Notes under the pieces: generated by a model
Told to the model about the DNA's origin: nothing
The model's input: only the letters and a program-made list of their open reading frames with translations
Databases searched by the model: none
NCBI GenBank assembly: GCA_000182565.2
Contig: KQ257456.1
DNA length: 64,000 nt
Direction: 5' to 3' (one strand)
Source: Spizellomyces punctatus DAOM BR117
Taxonomy: Eukaryota
Shown: piece after piece, positions 23,634-35,515 of the stretch
Layout: every line of letters begins with the position of its first letter
Position numbering within the stretch: the first letter of the stretch is position 1
Made by a program: the position numbers and the translations under genes

Positions 23634-24657
23634 CGTTATTAACGATTTTCGTACAGAAGATGAGAATGGTGCAAGAAGATGGTAGCGTGTCAGGGAAGAA
23701 AGGAACAGTCTCCTTTTTATGTGCAAGGAAATGGTGCAACAAAAACGCAATGGAAACTCCTAAGTCGCAAGCGGCGCAGACATCCGATATGAACGCAGAT
23801 GCATGTACTATTAAAAGAACTTCGACGCCTCTTTCCTGATAAACATTTATGATTAAGACGTTATGACACGGAAGGCGTGCATACCTCTCCCGTCTATTTT
23901 TAGTTACTTGGATTGCTGAAATGCTCGAGAATGCACGCGTTCCAGTCCCGTCCACTCCAGGCCAGAACACTCGACGTTTCCAGAAAAAACGTAGGCGTTG
24001 TTATTCTGAAAAAGAATTCCAAGCTTTGGCTTTTTTTTGGATGTTCTAGTGGACAAGTGTTCCTTCATCCCAACAGGAAAAGTCTCGAGCCAAACGCCAC
24101 CGATCTGAAATGGTCGAGAATGCCCGTATCGCAGTCCCGTCCACTCCAGGCCAGAACACTCGTCGTTTCCAAAGGGATCTTCGTTGTGAAGTAGAACTCC
24201 AGTTATTTTTTTGTTTATGCGGATATGTCAGTCCTTCATCTCCACGGGAAACACATTGAGGGCGAAGCCAAAGGATACCTGATATGTCAGTTCTGCATTG
24301 TGTTTCAAGGTCGCATCACTGTCCCCAACCCAACCCCTTTCCAACCACAGAACGTGCATGGACTTTCGTCCCATCTCTTAGTGTATTGGCATCTCTGACC
24401 CAACGTTGCTTACCTGATGAATTATGAGTGATCGACAGTCATGTGACTCTAGTGGCTGTACATTCCATTCCATGAAAGGCTCAGCATTGTGATGAAGGAG
24501 GCAGTGCTGAACTTTTCTACGGCGGGGCTTTGAGATTGGCGAGAACCGAGGGCATTTTGTTCCAAGACGGAGGGCAGCAGGGTTTCTGCTGTGCAAGCCA
24601 TTTCCATTGCTTGTATATAGTCGATCGTTTTGTTCTTTGCAGATTTGATTCACGCGC

Positions 24658-26438
24658 ATGGGCACCATGACACTCAATACACGAACATGGGTGGGGGCCG
24701 CCCTCGCGCTATATGTAGCTATCTTTTCTGTTACTGCATTCTGTCAACCGCTCGCCTTGTTACCGCTGCGTCCAGTCATGCAACCGGCCGCATTTGCGCC
24801 TCACAACATGGAAATCGCCGAACAACCAGCACAGCGAGGTAAGTGCATGTTCTCCTGTCGCGGGGCTACCCTAAGATTCACGCTAACCGCTTGGTTTGTG
24901 CGTAGTTCAAGGAGCTGTGACTCTCCCAGATCTCTCCAAAATCACCATTCCAGACAATTTCAACTTGTCCCAAGCTGTCAAGGACATTTTGGATAAGCTG
25001 CCCCCCGACTTGCGCGCTCCAGGCTCTGTATCAAGAGATCGCTACATTGTTGCCTTGCATCCAAATGCAACATCCGACGACCTTAACAGCCATCTTCAGT
25101 GGATCATCAACATGCTCAGTGACACGCAACTTTTCGACAAGGATACCATCAACAAATTTGCTGGCATCCTCCAAAAGTTTGATTCAGAGTTCCTGAGAGG
25201 TTATCAGGGCCACTTCCCAGAATGGCTTGTGGCCCTCATTCAAAGGAGTCCCCTGGTGAGACTGGTAGAAAGAGATCAGTATGTCGGCGGGACACAATCA
25301 CCTGTATCCAACAACCCATATGTGACCATGACGGGATTCTTGGCTGCTGCGAATGAGAGTCAGACGGTTTTCCAGCGAGATCCACCATGGGGACTCGATC
25401 GCATCTCTCATCGCGAGCCCGGTTTCCAGGGCCTCTATGTGTATCCACCTAATGGAGGGTATGTAATGACTGGAGAGTGTTTTGTGGCGCTCGCAAGGCT
25501 CTAACGATTCACTGTTTTTCAGGGCGGGTGTGGACATTTACATTGTGGACACGGGATGCAACGTGGCCCACGATGATTTCGGTGGACGTGCTCGCACTGG
25601 CGCCTCCTTTTCAGCGGACGGCGACATTGACGGCAACGGACACGGCACACACGTTTCAGGTACTGCAGCCGGAGCAACCTATGGCGTCGCAAAGGCTGCC
25701 AACATTGTTGCCGTCAAAGTGTTGGACAATGACGGGAACGGCCTTGTTAGCCAGGTCATCAAGGGATTGGAATGGGTCTTGGGTCAAGTCCGCCAAAATA
25801 CAACGCGAAGAGCCGTAATTAACATGAGTTTGGGGGGAGGTGGCACATCTGCATTGATGAATGAGGTGATTGGACGCGCGGTTGGATTGGGTGTGCCTGT
25901 TGCCGTCGCAGCTGGTAACAACAATACAAATGCTTGCGATTCATCTCCAGCCGATTCTGGCGTGGTCATGACGGTTGGAGCCTCGACGGAAACCGATCGA
26001 CGAGCCTCGTTTTCCAATTTTGGTTCCTGCGTCAGTAAGTGCCCCTACGTTTTTCTAACCTTTTTCTGTTGCACATTTACTCATCATTGCATGACAACAG
26101 ATATTTTCGCACCGGGGACCAACATTACATCTGCTTGGTACACTTCAAATACAGCGACTCGCGTATCCTCTGGCACCTCCATGGCCTCTCCCCATGTTGC
26201 CGGTATGATGGCTGTCGTCTTGTCCCTGTATCCGTCTGCATCAGCTCGGGATGTGTATACCATCATACAAGACATTAGCACCAAAGGCGCCATCAACAAT
26301 GCGACATTGAATGCGAGTATCAATCAGCTCTTGTATAATGGGATAAATGGGACGAGGTTTGATGGCCTAGGACGGTCCTTTGGGCTGACAGGCCAATGGA
26401 AGTTGGTTTGGGAGACTGTACAATCGGTTTGGATGTAG
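24658..26438 (+). CDS. Secreted subtilisin (S8, proteinase K-like) with I9 prodomain
   Basis: Hydrophobic signal region; PWGLDRI; IVDTG, GHGTHVSG and SGTSMASPHVAG catalytic triad. Confidence 0.95.
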
Positions 26439-26860
26439 TATAGAGAGTTGAGGATACGTTTTTTTTTTATTTTGCAGGATTCTTGTAGATGGATGTCTCT
26501 GACAGTTTTGTAAACATGTATTATTGCAAAAGCCCGTTTTTTTAAAAATGCCTCAGTCTGTTTGTCGATTGGACTTTATCCGCCATAGTCCGGAGGTCCG
26601 GAAATGCTGCTGACTCACACACAACCTTCGTATTTCACTATGGCAACCGGTACTGAAGTTCGTCAGAGGTCGTTGGGAAGGGTGCCGCCAGCGTCAGATC
26701 GGGTTATCCAAACTGCGGAAAAAAGATCAGATATCTGGCAGTAGACTGTAGGACCTGGGTACTATAGAGGGTTTTCACGTTCATGTAAGTTTTGTTGGTT
26801 CCTTGCTTGCATTCTTCATTTTCGGTTTTTGACTTGTTTCCAACAGTATCGATTTACATT

Positions 26861-29379
26861 ATGGCCTCCCTACTACAAAATGGGAGAGCCCTTTGGCGAA
26901 ACACTCGCCACCTGTCCGCAGCTCCCACCTGGCATTCATTCACACGCAAATCCATTCACTGTCTGACACATACGCGACAGCCGTTGGCCCGCAGTCGCCT
27001 ATTATCATTGCTAGAGACGCAGAGTTGGGGGTCGATACGGAGCATGGCGTCCGAAAGTGACCCGAAAACGAATGACGAGGAGCGGAGATTGCCAAAGGGG
27101 TTTGAGCATTTTGCCAAGCCGCCAAAGAGAGAGCCAAAGGAGAAGGAGCGTGAAAATGAGGAAGAAGAGAGTTCGCGGGAGGAGACGGGACGGCGACAAA
27201 AGAAGAGGGATAGTGAGGGTGCAGAAGACAAAGGGAAAAGCGGTAAGGATGGTGCGTTTGTAAGCGCAATGCTGTGATGGTACTCATCTTTTACTGCAGG
27301 CAAGATTCCAAAACCTCCGCCACCAATAGAGATCTTTACAATCAAGATCAACCCCAACATGGTCCTCCTCTACGGTCTGCCCGCCGCATTTTTGCTATAC
27401 AACTTTTGGTCCAGCTACTCTTCCGAACAGCAAATAACATGGCAAGATTTCCGCGCCAACATGCTCGACAAGGGCTATGTTGACCATCTGGAAGTCGTCA
27501 ACAAAAGCATTGTACGCGTGTACCTCCGTCCTGATGCTCCCCAACTTCGTTCGTCATCTCATGGTCCTTTGCCCGCCAACCAACCCCACTACTACTTTAC
27601 GATTGGGAGTGTAGAGTCGTTTGAGAGAAACTTGGAGTTGGCGCAACGGGAGCTTGGGATCCCTGCACGGGAACGTATACCAGTGACCTATGTTAATGAG
27701 CTCAGCACCATGTCCATTTTGCTGAACTTGGCGCCAACATTTTTGATGGTGGGTGTCTTGTTCTGGCTATCGCGGCGGGCGGCTGGTGGTGCGAGTGGTG
27801 GACAAGGCATCTTTGGAATCGGCAAGTCGAGGGCGAAGCTATACAACCATGAAACAGAGGTCAAGGTCAAGTTCAAGGATGTAGCAGGGATGGATGAGGC
27901 CAAGGAGGAAATTATGGAGTTTGTAAAGTTTTTAAAGGACCCTGCGCGATACGAGCGGTTGGGGGCAAAGATTCCCAAGGGTGCAATTTTGTCGGGGCCT
28001 CCTGGAACGGGTAAAACGCTCTTGGCCAAAGCCACGGCAGGAGAGGCGGGTACACCATTTTTAAGCGTATCTGGATCCGAGTTTGTGGAGATGTTTGTAG
28101 GAGTCGGCTCGTCCCGTGTGCGAGACCTCTTTGCCAACGCCAAAAAACATGCCCCGTGCATTATTTTCATTGACGAAATTGATGCGATTGGAAAGGCGCG
28201 TGGAAGGGGTGGATACGCCGGTGGAAATGATGAACGGGAGAGCACACTCAACCAACTGTTGGTTGAAATGGACGGGTTTGGATCGAGCGAGCACGTGGTT
28301 GTGCTGGCGGGTACTAACCGGCCTGATGTTCTTGACCCGGCGTTGCTCCGACCTGGCCGATTCGACCGACACATTGCCATCGACCGGCCTGACATTAAGG
28401 GCCGAGTGGAGATCTTCAAGGTGCATCTCAAACCTATCAAAACGACCGAGGACATTGAAAAGCTTGCTCGGAAATTAGCAGCATTGACTCCAGGCTTTTC
28501 TGGAGCGGATGTTCACAACGTCTGTAACGAAGCCGCCCTCATTGCTGCCCGACAGCTCTCTGATTCCGTCACGGAGAAGCATTTTGAGGCTGCCATCGAA
28601 CGTGTTATTGCTGGTCTCGAAAAGAAATCCCGTGTCCTCTCTCCCGAAGAAAAGAAGATTGTTGCTCATCACGAAGCCGGACACGCTGTTGCTGGATGGT
28701 TCCTCCAACACGCCCACCCCCTCCTCAAAGTCTCCATCATCCCCCGTGGAGTCGGCGCCCTCGGGTACGCACAGTACCTTCCAAAAGAAGAATACCTGCA
28801 CTCCACCTCTCAAATGCTCGACATGATGTGCATGACCCTCGGCGGCCGTGCGTCCGAGCAAATCTTTTTCAAGTCGATCACAACGGGTGCACAAGATGAC
28901 CTCCAAAAAGTGACGAAAATGGCATACGCCCAAGTCATGACGTACGGCATGACGAAACTTGGTCACATCTCATACGGCAACCCGAACGGCGAACAGCAGT
29001 TCCAGAAACCTTATTCTGAAGAAACTGCCAAACTCATTGACGAAGAAGTTCGGGGCATTATTGCATCTGCTTACGAGCGTACTGTCCAGCTTCTCACGGA
29101 CCGAAGTGCTGAAGTCAAAAAAGTCGCAAACTTGTTGTTGGAAAAGGAAGTTATTGGTCGGGAAGATATGATTAAACTTTTGGGACCTAGGTAAGCTATC
29201 TTTGTCTCTCTTGTTTGTTTTGCCCACATTGACTTTGTTGGCTTCCTAGACAATGGCCGGATACTGGCAACTATGTGGAGTACCTCGGCACTCCAGAAGG
29301 GCAGGACGCACACGAGTTGGTGGAACAGTTGAAACAAGAAGAACAGAAAAAGAAAAAGGATGCTGAGAGTGATGCATAG
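26861..29379 (+). CDS. AFG3: Mitochondrial m-AAA protease subunit (AFG3/YTA12 family)
   Basis: Presequence-like N-terminus; two TM segments; [13 protein letters not shown], second region of homology, HEAGH zinc motif; cannot separate AFG3 from YTA12. Confidence 0.93.
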
Positions 29380-29898
29380 AATTTCGATATCATTAATTTT
29401 GGTGTTTGATGTGATGATTTTTTTTACAAGAAACATCTGGTTTAAACAACGTGTCTGTGATTGGAGATTGACCTCTTAAAGATACCTCATTCTGATTTTT
29501 CACTATTGGTTTATGTGTACGGATTTGGGCTTTGAGTGAATCGCATGATAGTTTCCCGCGGGATTGGTTTTGCTTTACCCCAATTGGCTTACATAAACCA
29601 GGCTCCGCTACCAGGAGGCCAGACTTTCCGATACCCCCAATGATCTAGCCATCATGTATCGACCCTTCTATATTTATCACAAGGTTTACTTACTAAATAT
29701 TGGGAGACGCAGAGACACGGCACAGTTAGACTTGACGGAACTGGTGCAATCCTATCGGTGTAGCTTTCTTGCGTTAATTTCCAGGGTTGGAGTTTAAAAC
29801 TTTGTAGATTGGGTCTTCTCCCCTTCTCCAAAACCAAGGATATTTTCTTTTTTCACGCATTTCGGGTGCCGGGCACCATTTTTGGGACGTCGACCAAG

Positions 29899-31005
29899 AT
29901 GCCATACACTGCCGACCACCTCGCCTCCAACTACGCCTGGGGTGCCCTCATCCTCTCCACAATAACCCTCCTCACCTGTCTCAAAACCTGGCTATCACAC
30001 TACACAACCTTCCATCTCCACCTCGGCATCATTTCCAGTGGTGTATCCTTGTTTCTGATATTGTTTGCGGTCAAAACGGGGTATTTCGTTCAAGGTGCCA
30101 AGCTTCGACCGGGGTTTGCAATGTTGTATTTGAGTGTGGATTGGGTTTTGTATTTTACGATGATGGGGTATATTTGGTTTGTTAGCGAGCGGGTCAAGAG
30201 GTTTGAAATAGTAAATGTCCATCCTTTTTTTTTTGCTCGAGATTGTGTGTGATGCAAAGTTGATAAGTTTTTGATGTAGGTTCTCAAGATCCCCCGAAAA
30301 GTCGTCCCACTTATTCAAGTCATTGGCGCTATCCTCCTTTTCTTCCTCCTCCTCGCCGAACTTGTATGGATGATCAAAGACATGGACTCGGGTTTAATCT
30401 TTTCGTTTTACAACGTAGCAGAGACGCTTCTTTTTGGATATGCTGCTATAGTCGAATGGGGATGCGGGATCGCCATTATTGTCGCGGCATATAAAATCAG
30501 GAACGCATTAGGCGCAATCTTTCGGCGTCTTTTTATTTCCCTTCTCGTTGCGTTTTTATTCCAATTTATCTTGTCGATTGGGTCGACGGGTTTGAAATCT
30601 TTATGTTGGACCGTCTGTGGACCTGATCCATCCTGCGATGCTACTGATCCCGATACGCTTTGCGGTCCTATTGAATCGCAGTGCCCGTACCCCCTCATGG
30701 TTGCGACGTGTGGTGTTCCCCTCGTAGTCCTCAGTCTCCATTATGCTATGTTGGTCACATTTCAATTTACTTTGACCACCATGTTGAGGATGTGGCCTGT
30801 TGAGGGGATTCAGCTGGAGCCGTCTGCATTGTATAGTAAGGATAAGGAGAAGACGGTAGTTGTGCGGGCTGTGGGGGAGGATCCGGGGGATTGGAGGAGG
30901 GTGGGGATGGGGGTGAGGGTGGGTGGTATGGTGGGAGGGGCGAGGGAGGGGACAGGACAGAGAGTAGAGAGTCCGGGGGTGAGAGGGATAAGAGAGGGCG
31001 TTTAG
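29899..31005 (+). CDS. Seven-transmembrane GPCR-like orphan membrane protein (two exons)
   Basis: Seven hydrophobic segments after splicing; SERVK at the end of TM3; Cys-rich loop CWTVCGPDPSC...LCGPIESQC between TM6 and TM7. Confidence 0.7.
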
Positions 31006-31230
31006 GAGGATATCCCAGTAAGAATGATAGAGGCATGGAATATGTACAAAGGATGAACTGGTTTCCAAAATATTGAACAAGTCCGCTAACGACGTGAAAT
31101 GCAACAGAACAGACATTCAGTCAACGAGACCAAGAGATGGGCTCTAACCACATGTACAAAAAACATTTAAAACTTCCTACTCCACCCCACTTTAACGCAA
31201 ACCATAACATACACATTTCAACCATCTACA

Positions 31231-32496
31231 CTACTCTGCCGCAAGCGCAACACCCCCAACCCCACCTTCAGCAGCCTTTTCCCCCTCCCTACCAAAAACC
31301 TCCTCCCAATTCCGCACAAGCACTTCTATCAACGCTTCTACACCGGGAAACATGACTATAGCGAGATTCTCCGGAGTCATCTTGTTAATGTCCGAGTGGG
31401 CCGTAATGCGGGAGAGATGACGGGTCAAGTAACGCACAAGATTAAAGTGTGATGGGGATGTTAGTGTTTTCCGGAGGAGGGGATTGAGGAATGCGGCTGG
31501 GGTTGCTGTCATGCAAAATCACTTAATATAATGATTATACAGATACTTGTCAATTGACGATAACATACATATTATGGCATTCCGAAGATGGATCTTGACG
31601 TCTTCTCCGCCCCATATTCCGCCGGGTATAGACGCCAGATACTTTTTCAGCAGTGACGCCACGGTATGTGGGGATTCGTGGACGGGGAACACATAGTCGA
31701 ATGCACCGGTATCAATGGAGAGTTGGTAGGTTTGGACTTTACGATGTGATCCCGGGACGCGATACAGCCCCTCCTTGTCAATCGCTAAACACATATCAAA
31801 AACCTGCAACGTGAACAGACTCGCTGAAAACAGGCTACAAACCATTTGCTTCAATCCACTCTACACACACTCTCACCAGCCGCGGGACACCTTCTGCGAC
31901 ATGGTCCCGCTTGTCAACTGGGTCGGGCTCTGATTCCCGTTCTCGGTCTGTTATCACTTCCAGAGGGACCCCAAAAGTGCGTACAAGTTCTAGTGATATC
32001 GTTCGGGGAGGAAGGGACATTGGCGTATCGGCTCGTGGTGGTGGTGGTGAAGGAGTGGATTGGAGTACCCTGTCATTATCACAATTGAGATATGAATAAG
32101 TATGCCTACAATCATTCAAACTGTCATACGAAAAGAGGAATACCTATTTGAACCTTCCCAGCCATCCCTCCTCTCCTCCTTTGGTCGTCTCAACCGGCCC
32201 GCCCATTTTGCAATCCCCGCCCACCAAACCCCCTGATCATCCTCCTTTTTTTGTCGTTCCTCTCTCAAACTTGCTGCCCGACTTGGTACACGTAAATGCG
32301 TTTCGTCGCTCTTGCGCATGGCTCGTCGACGTGGGAGGGGCGGTGGGGAGATGGATGTTGGCGGCACTGGTGAGAAGGGTGGGTCCGAGGGATATGATGG
32401 TCCTGGGGAGAAGGGCGGGTCTGGGGAGACGGTTATCATTGGTGTGGAAGGTATACGTGGTAGGGACAGAAACGGGCGAAGATCGCTTGAAGACAT
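31231..32496 (-). CDS. RhoGAP domain protein with Pro-rich N-terminus, multi-exon
   Basis: FGVPLE, VPRLVRVCVEWIE, EGLYRVPGS (arginine finger), HTVASLLKKYL, NKMTPENLAIVMFP. Confidence 0.92.
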
Positions 32497-33982
32497 TATT
32501 GTGAAATTGTTATTGGGGTGAGTCGGGTGTGCAGCTTCTATTTGTAGCTTTTTGAATTCGTCTTGACGATGCTTTGCATATTCCAGAAACGATCTTGGCA
32601 GAAAATGTTGAAGTGTTTTTCAAGGGCTGCTCTTCTTTTGCTTGGCCCTTTTGAACCTTTTATGTGCACAGCCGCGGGTCGTAGTCAGCTGGCGGCAATT
32701 ACATCAGCGCCCAAAAGCAACCTGCCACGCATTTGGGGGGGATTTTTAGTAAAGGCATATCGACTTTTCTTTTTTTTTTTTTTGTGGTTTTTTCTTTGAT
32801 GCGGGCTCACTAGGAGGGAATGTTTGGAGATATGGTATTGACACTGCCCAATTTCATGTATGGAAGGTTGGGTTTTGTCATGAATCAGGCTGTGGGCTTC
32901 AAGCCCCTACAGGCTGGCCTTCCCTCCACACGAAGCAGTCGGTTTTGTCACACTTGTTACGATCGGTCAAAACAATAGATATGGAGGGCAATTTGTAGTG
33001 TTCCAAGAGGGCTGTGTAGCGTATAGCACAGAAGTTGAATGTCCATTTTACGCCCACCGAAACATGGTACATTCTTGTAACTAGGTTTTACTTTTTCAAA
33101 TGCCACGTTTGTGTTCGACGTTTTTCTGATCTCTCTCAACATTGGTTCAGCCAAGATTTTCTCTACTACAAAACGTTTGTAGAACTGCTAATTGTAAGTA
33201 CTCAATGCGTCTCTGATTACCCATCTCTCCATCGTAAGTCGAGGCACCGACTGCGGGAAGTAGGACGGGGGGCTTTGGAGCCAAGGTAAACAGCGCCTCC
33301 AGAGACTTGCGACAATGTAGTGACAGAAGATCCCTATACCTTGGCAAACAGTCGGTGACGTTCCTCAGGTGGGCGTTCAGGACAGCCTTCCATTATTCCA
33401 TGGTCCCTTTTTGGTACATAGATCCAGCCAGAACGCCAGTCTCACCATGGTTTCCCAATTGCCGCTGTGTGGGCTTGAGTAAGTTGTCAGCCTGCTAGAG
33501 TCAGATTTAATGACATACTTGATTAATGTCCTTGATTTCTCCCTTGCTTTGACCACCCTGCAACCATTAATATCCCTCGTCTGTTAATTTACTCCTCATC
33601 AGTCACGCAGAAGAGAGAGCCTAAGGACAAGAACCTAACGACACAGGACAGCACAACAACCCAGCCCAACCTTAATGGATAGTGGACAACAGTTCCATTG
33701 TAACTAATACGATTAATTCCCCTGATGGGAGACTAGGCTGCAAAACAAGGCAGACTCTAGATGATGTGACATCATTTGTCTCTTCATGGCTGAAACGGGC
33801 TCATCTGGAATATAGTATGGAGATTACCCCATCTCGGCTGGTACCCGCACACAATACAGAGGATGCTGTCGCATTTGAAAGATGGGCTAATTCGCGATGC
33901 AAGCCATATATATTCAGCCAGTAATTGCTACTCGCATAAACCCTGCATATGCAATATCATGTGCAGAACCAGTTACCCAACA

Positions 33983-35120
33983 CTACTCCTCCTCAGGAAT
34001 GAACTCATCCCTCGCCTCGCTCCACCACGCTTCAACGGGCCTCGGAGGTTTACCAACCACTCGAGTAAAATCCGGCGAAACATACTGCAATCTCCCCAAC
34101 CGTACTAAATGAAACTGTTCTTCCAAAACTTCAATCTCGGACGGATCAAGATCTTCAACGAGTTCAATGTACTCTCTCCAGTCTTGGACAGAGATGGGTT
34201 TGAAGCGGATATCGGGGATGCCGGATTTGGCTACAAGCTCATCACCTGTGAGGGCTTCAGGGCCTGTATTGGGGGAATGCAGTATATTAGCAAGGTCTTC
34301 ATGGACTATAAGAATTCTCGTTCTTGTCACTATACCGGTAAATTCATAGCATCGAGCACGGTGCTGCTCCACTCCATGGCCAATGATGGTCGTAATGGCA
34401 TAGGCGACATCTCGGACGTCAACAGGGGCAAACTTTTTGTGATCGATCGGAAGTCCGAGTGTTTTTGAATCCTTGACTTGTTCGGTATATAAGAATAAGT
34501 TTTGAATATAGTGGCCGGCTCTAAGTGCATTTTCAGAAAGTGATCAGAAAGTGAAGAATCAAGGATATATCAGACTTTAGGCAGTTCCATTCATGGGAAT
34601 AGGCATATACCTGGCAATGCACACATTAGGGACTGAAGATGCCTTGCTGGCTTTCTCAATGGCGAGGAATTGCTGCATTCTTCGACCTCCATTAGGGTCA
34701 TCGCAAGCTTGGGACGATACGGTGATGGCGTTCAAGGTTCCGGCTTCTTGCGCGGCCCGAAGAAGATTTTCTGCTACGAGCACCTAGCATAATCCATATT
34801 TTACTTAGAGCATGTTCTTCCAAATGTCTATGCATTCATACTTTGGCATCTGTAGCCGGAGGCACCAAAACAGCCACATCCACTCCATTCGATTTCATCA
34901 ACGTGGACAGCTCATCTACGCTCGTTTCCAGCACGTCAATATTTTGTATCTCGGCACCAAGGTTCATGTGTTCCGGGTTTTCCAAATCAGGCGGAAACAG
35001 GGCAATAACTTTGGCAATGCGGTTCTTGTATTCGCCGCTGAGAAGCTCTTGAACGACGGCATCGCCTGTGCGGCTCTCTGCAGTGGTGACGAGAACGGTG
35101 AGTTTCCTGGTGGGAACCAT
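33983..35120 (-). CDS. NmrA-like / atypical SDR Rossmann-fold protein, multi-exon
   Basis: LTVLVTTAESRTGDAVV (degenerate glycine motif); QQFLAIEK; PLLTSEMSPMPL; CYEFTG|PEALTGDELV; DFTRVVGKPPRPVE. Confidence 0.75.
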
Positions 35121-35515
35121 TTATGATGAATTTGATAGTACGACGTTAGAGGGCAGCGGCCGACGCCGGCTTTTATGTTTGCGGAAACCAAGCGGGACCA
35201 ACGTTTGGAGAGCGTCATGAGGATCTCATGAAAAGGGTTCATCAAGCCTTTCCTGATGGCCGATGACAACCGATGGGATCGTATGACTTTTGACGTAACG
35301 GGGGATAGCAATGCCGCTGTCAAAAACCCTAAATTCACACAATGCGATTCACATTGAGCCATTCCTCTTATGTATTATGGAGGCTCATAGCAGAAGAGCA
35401 AAAGACAATATGACACATGGAACCTAATAAGATATACTCGACCTACTCTCCAGCGCTATGCATTTCTAATATAGGCTACCCTCCTTTCCCAATCCTTCAA
35501 GTTATGAGATACCTT

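Larger units (their letters stand above)
19650..24615. repeat. Diverged tandem triplication (units approx. 19650-20980, 20980-22365, 22365-24615)
   Basis: Shared 3' flank (ggattcggc..agcaa..aagcaagaga at about 19700, 21025, 22395); tccaggccaga module at about 20530, 22192, 23956, 24146; block 20705-20946 matches 24290-24613. Confidence 0.9.

Noticed and set aside
29551-29612. GTTTCCCG...CCAGGCTCCGCTA as a possible Fanzor omega-RNA-like end
   Set aside because: Only a short resemblance from memory, no matching left end or internal stem; likely promoter DNA
32957-33930. Fragmentary ORFs between RhoGAP and the NmrA-like gene
   Set aside because: Interrupted by stops, no motif; possibly a decayed remnant but unsupported
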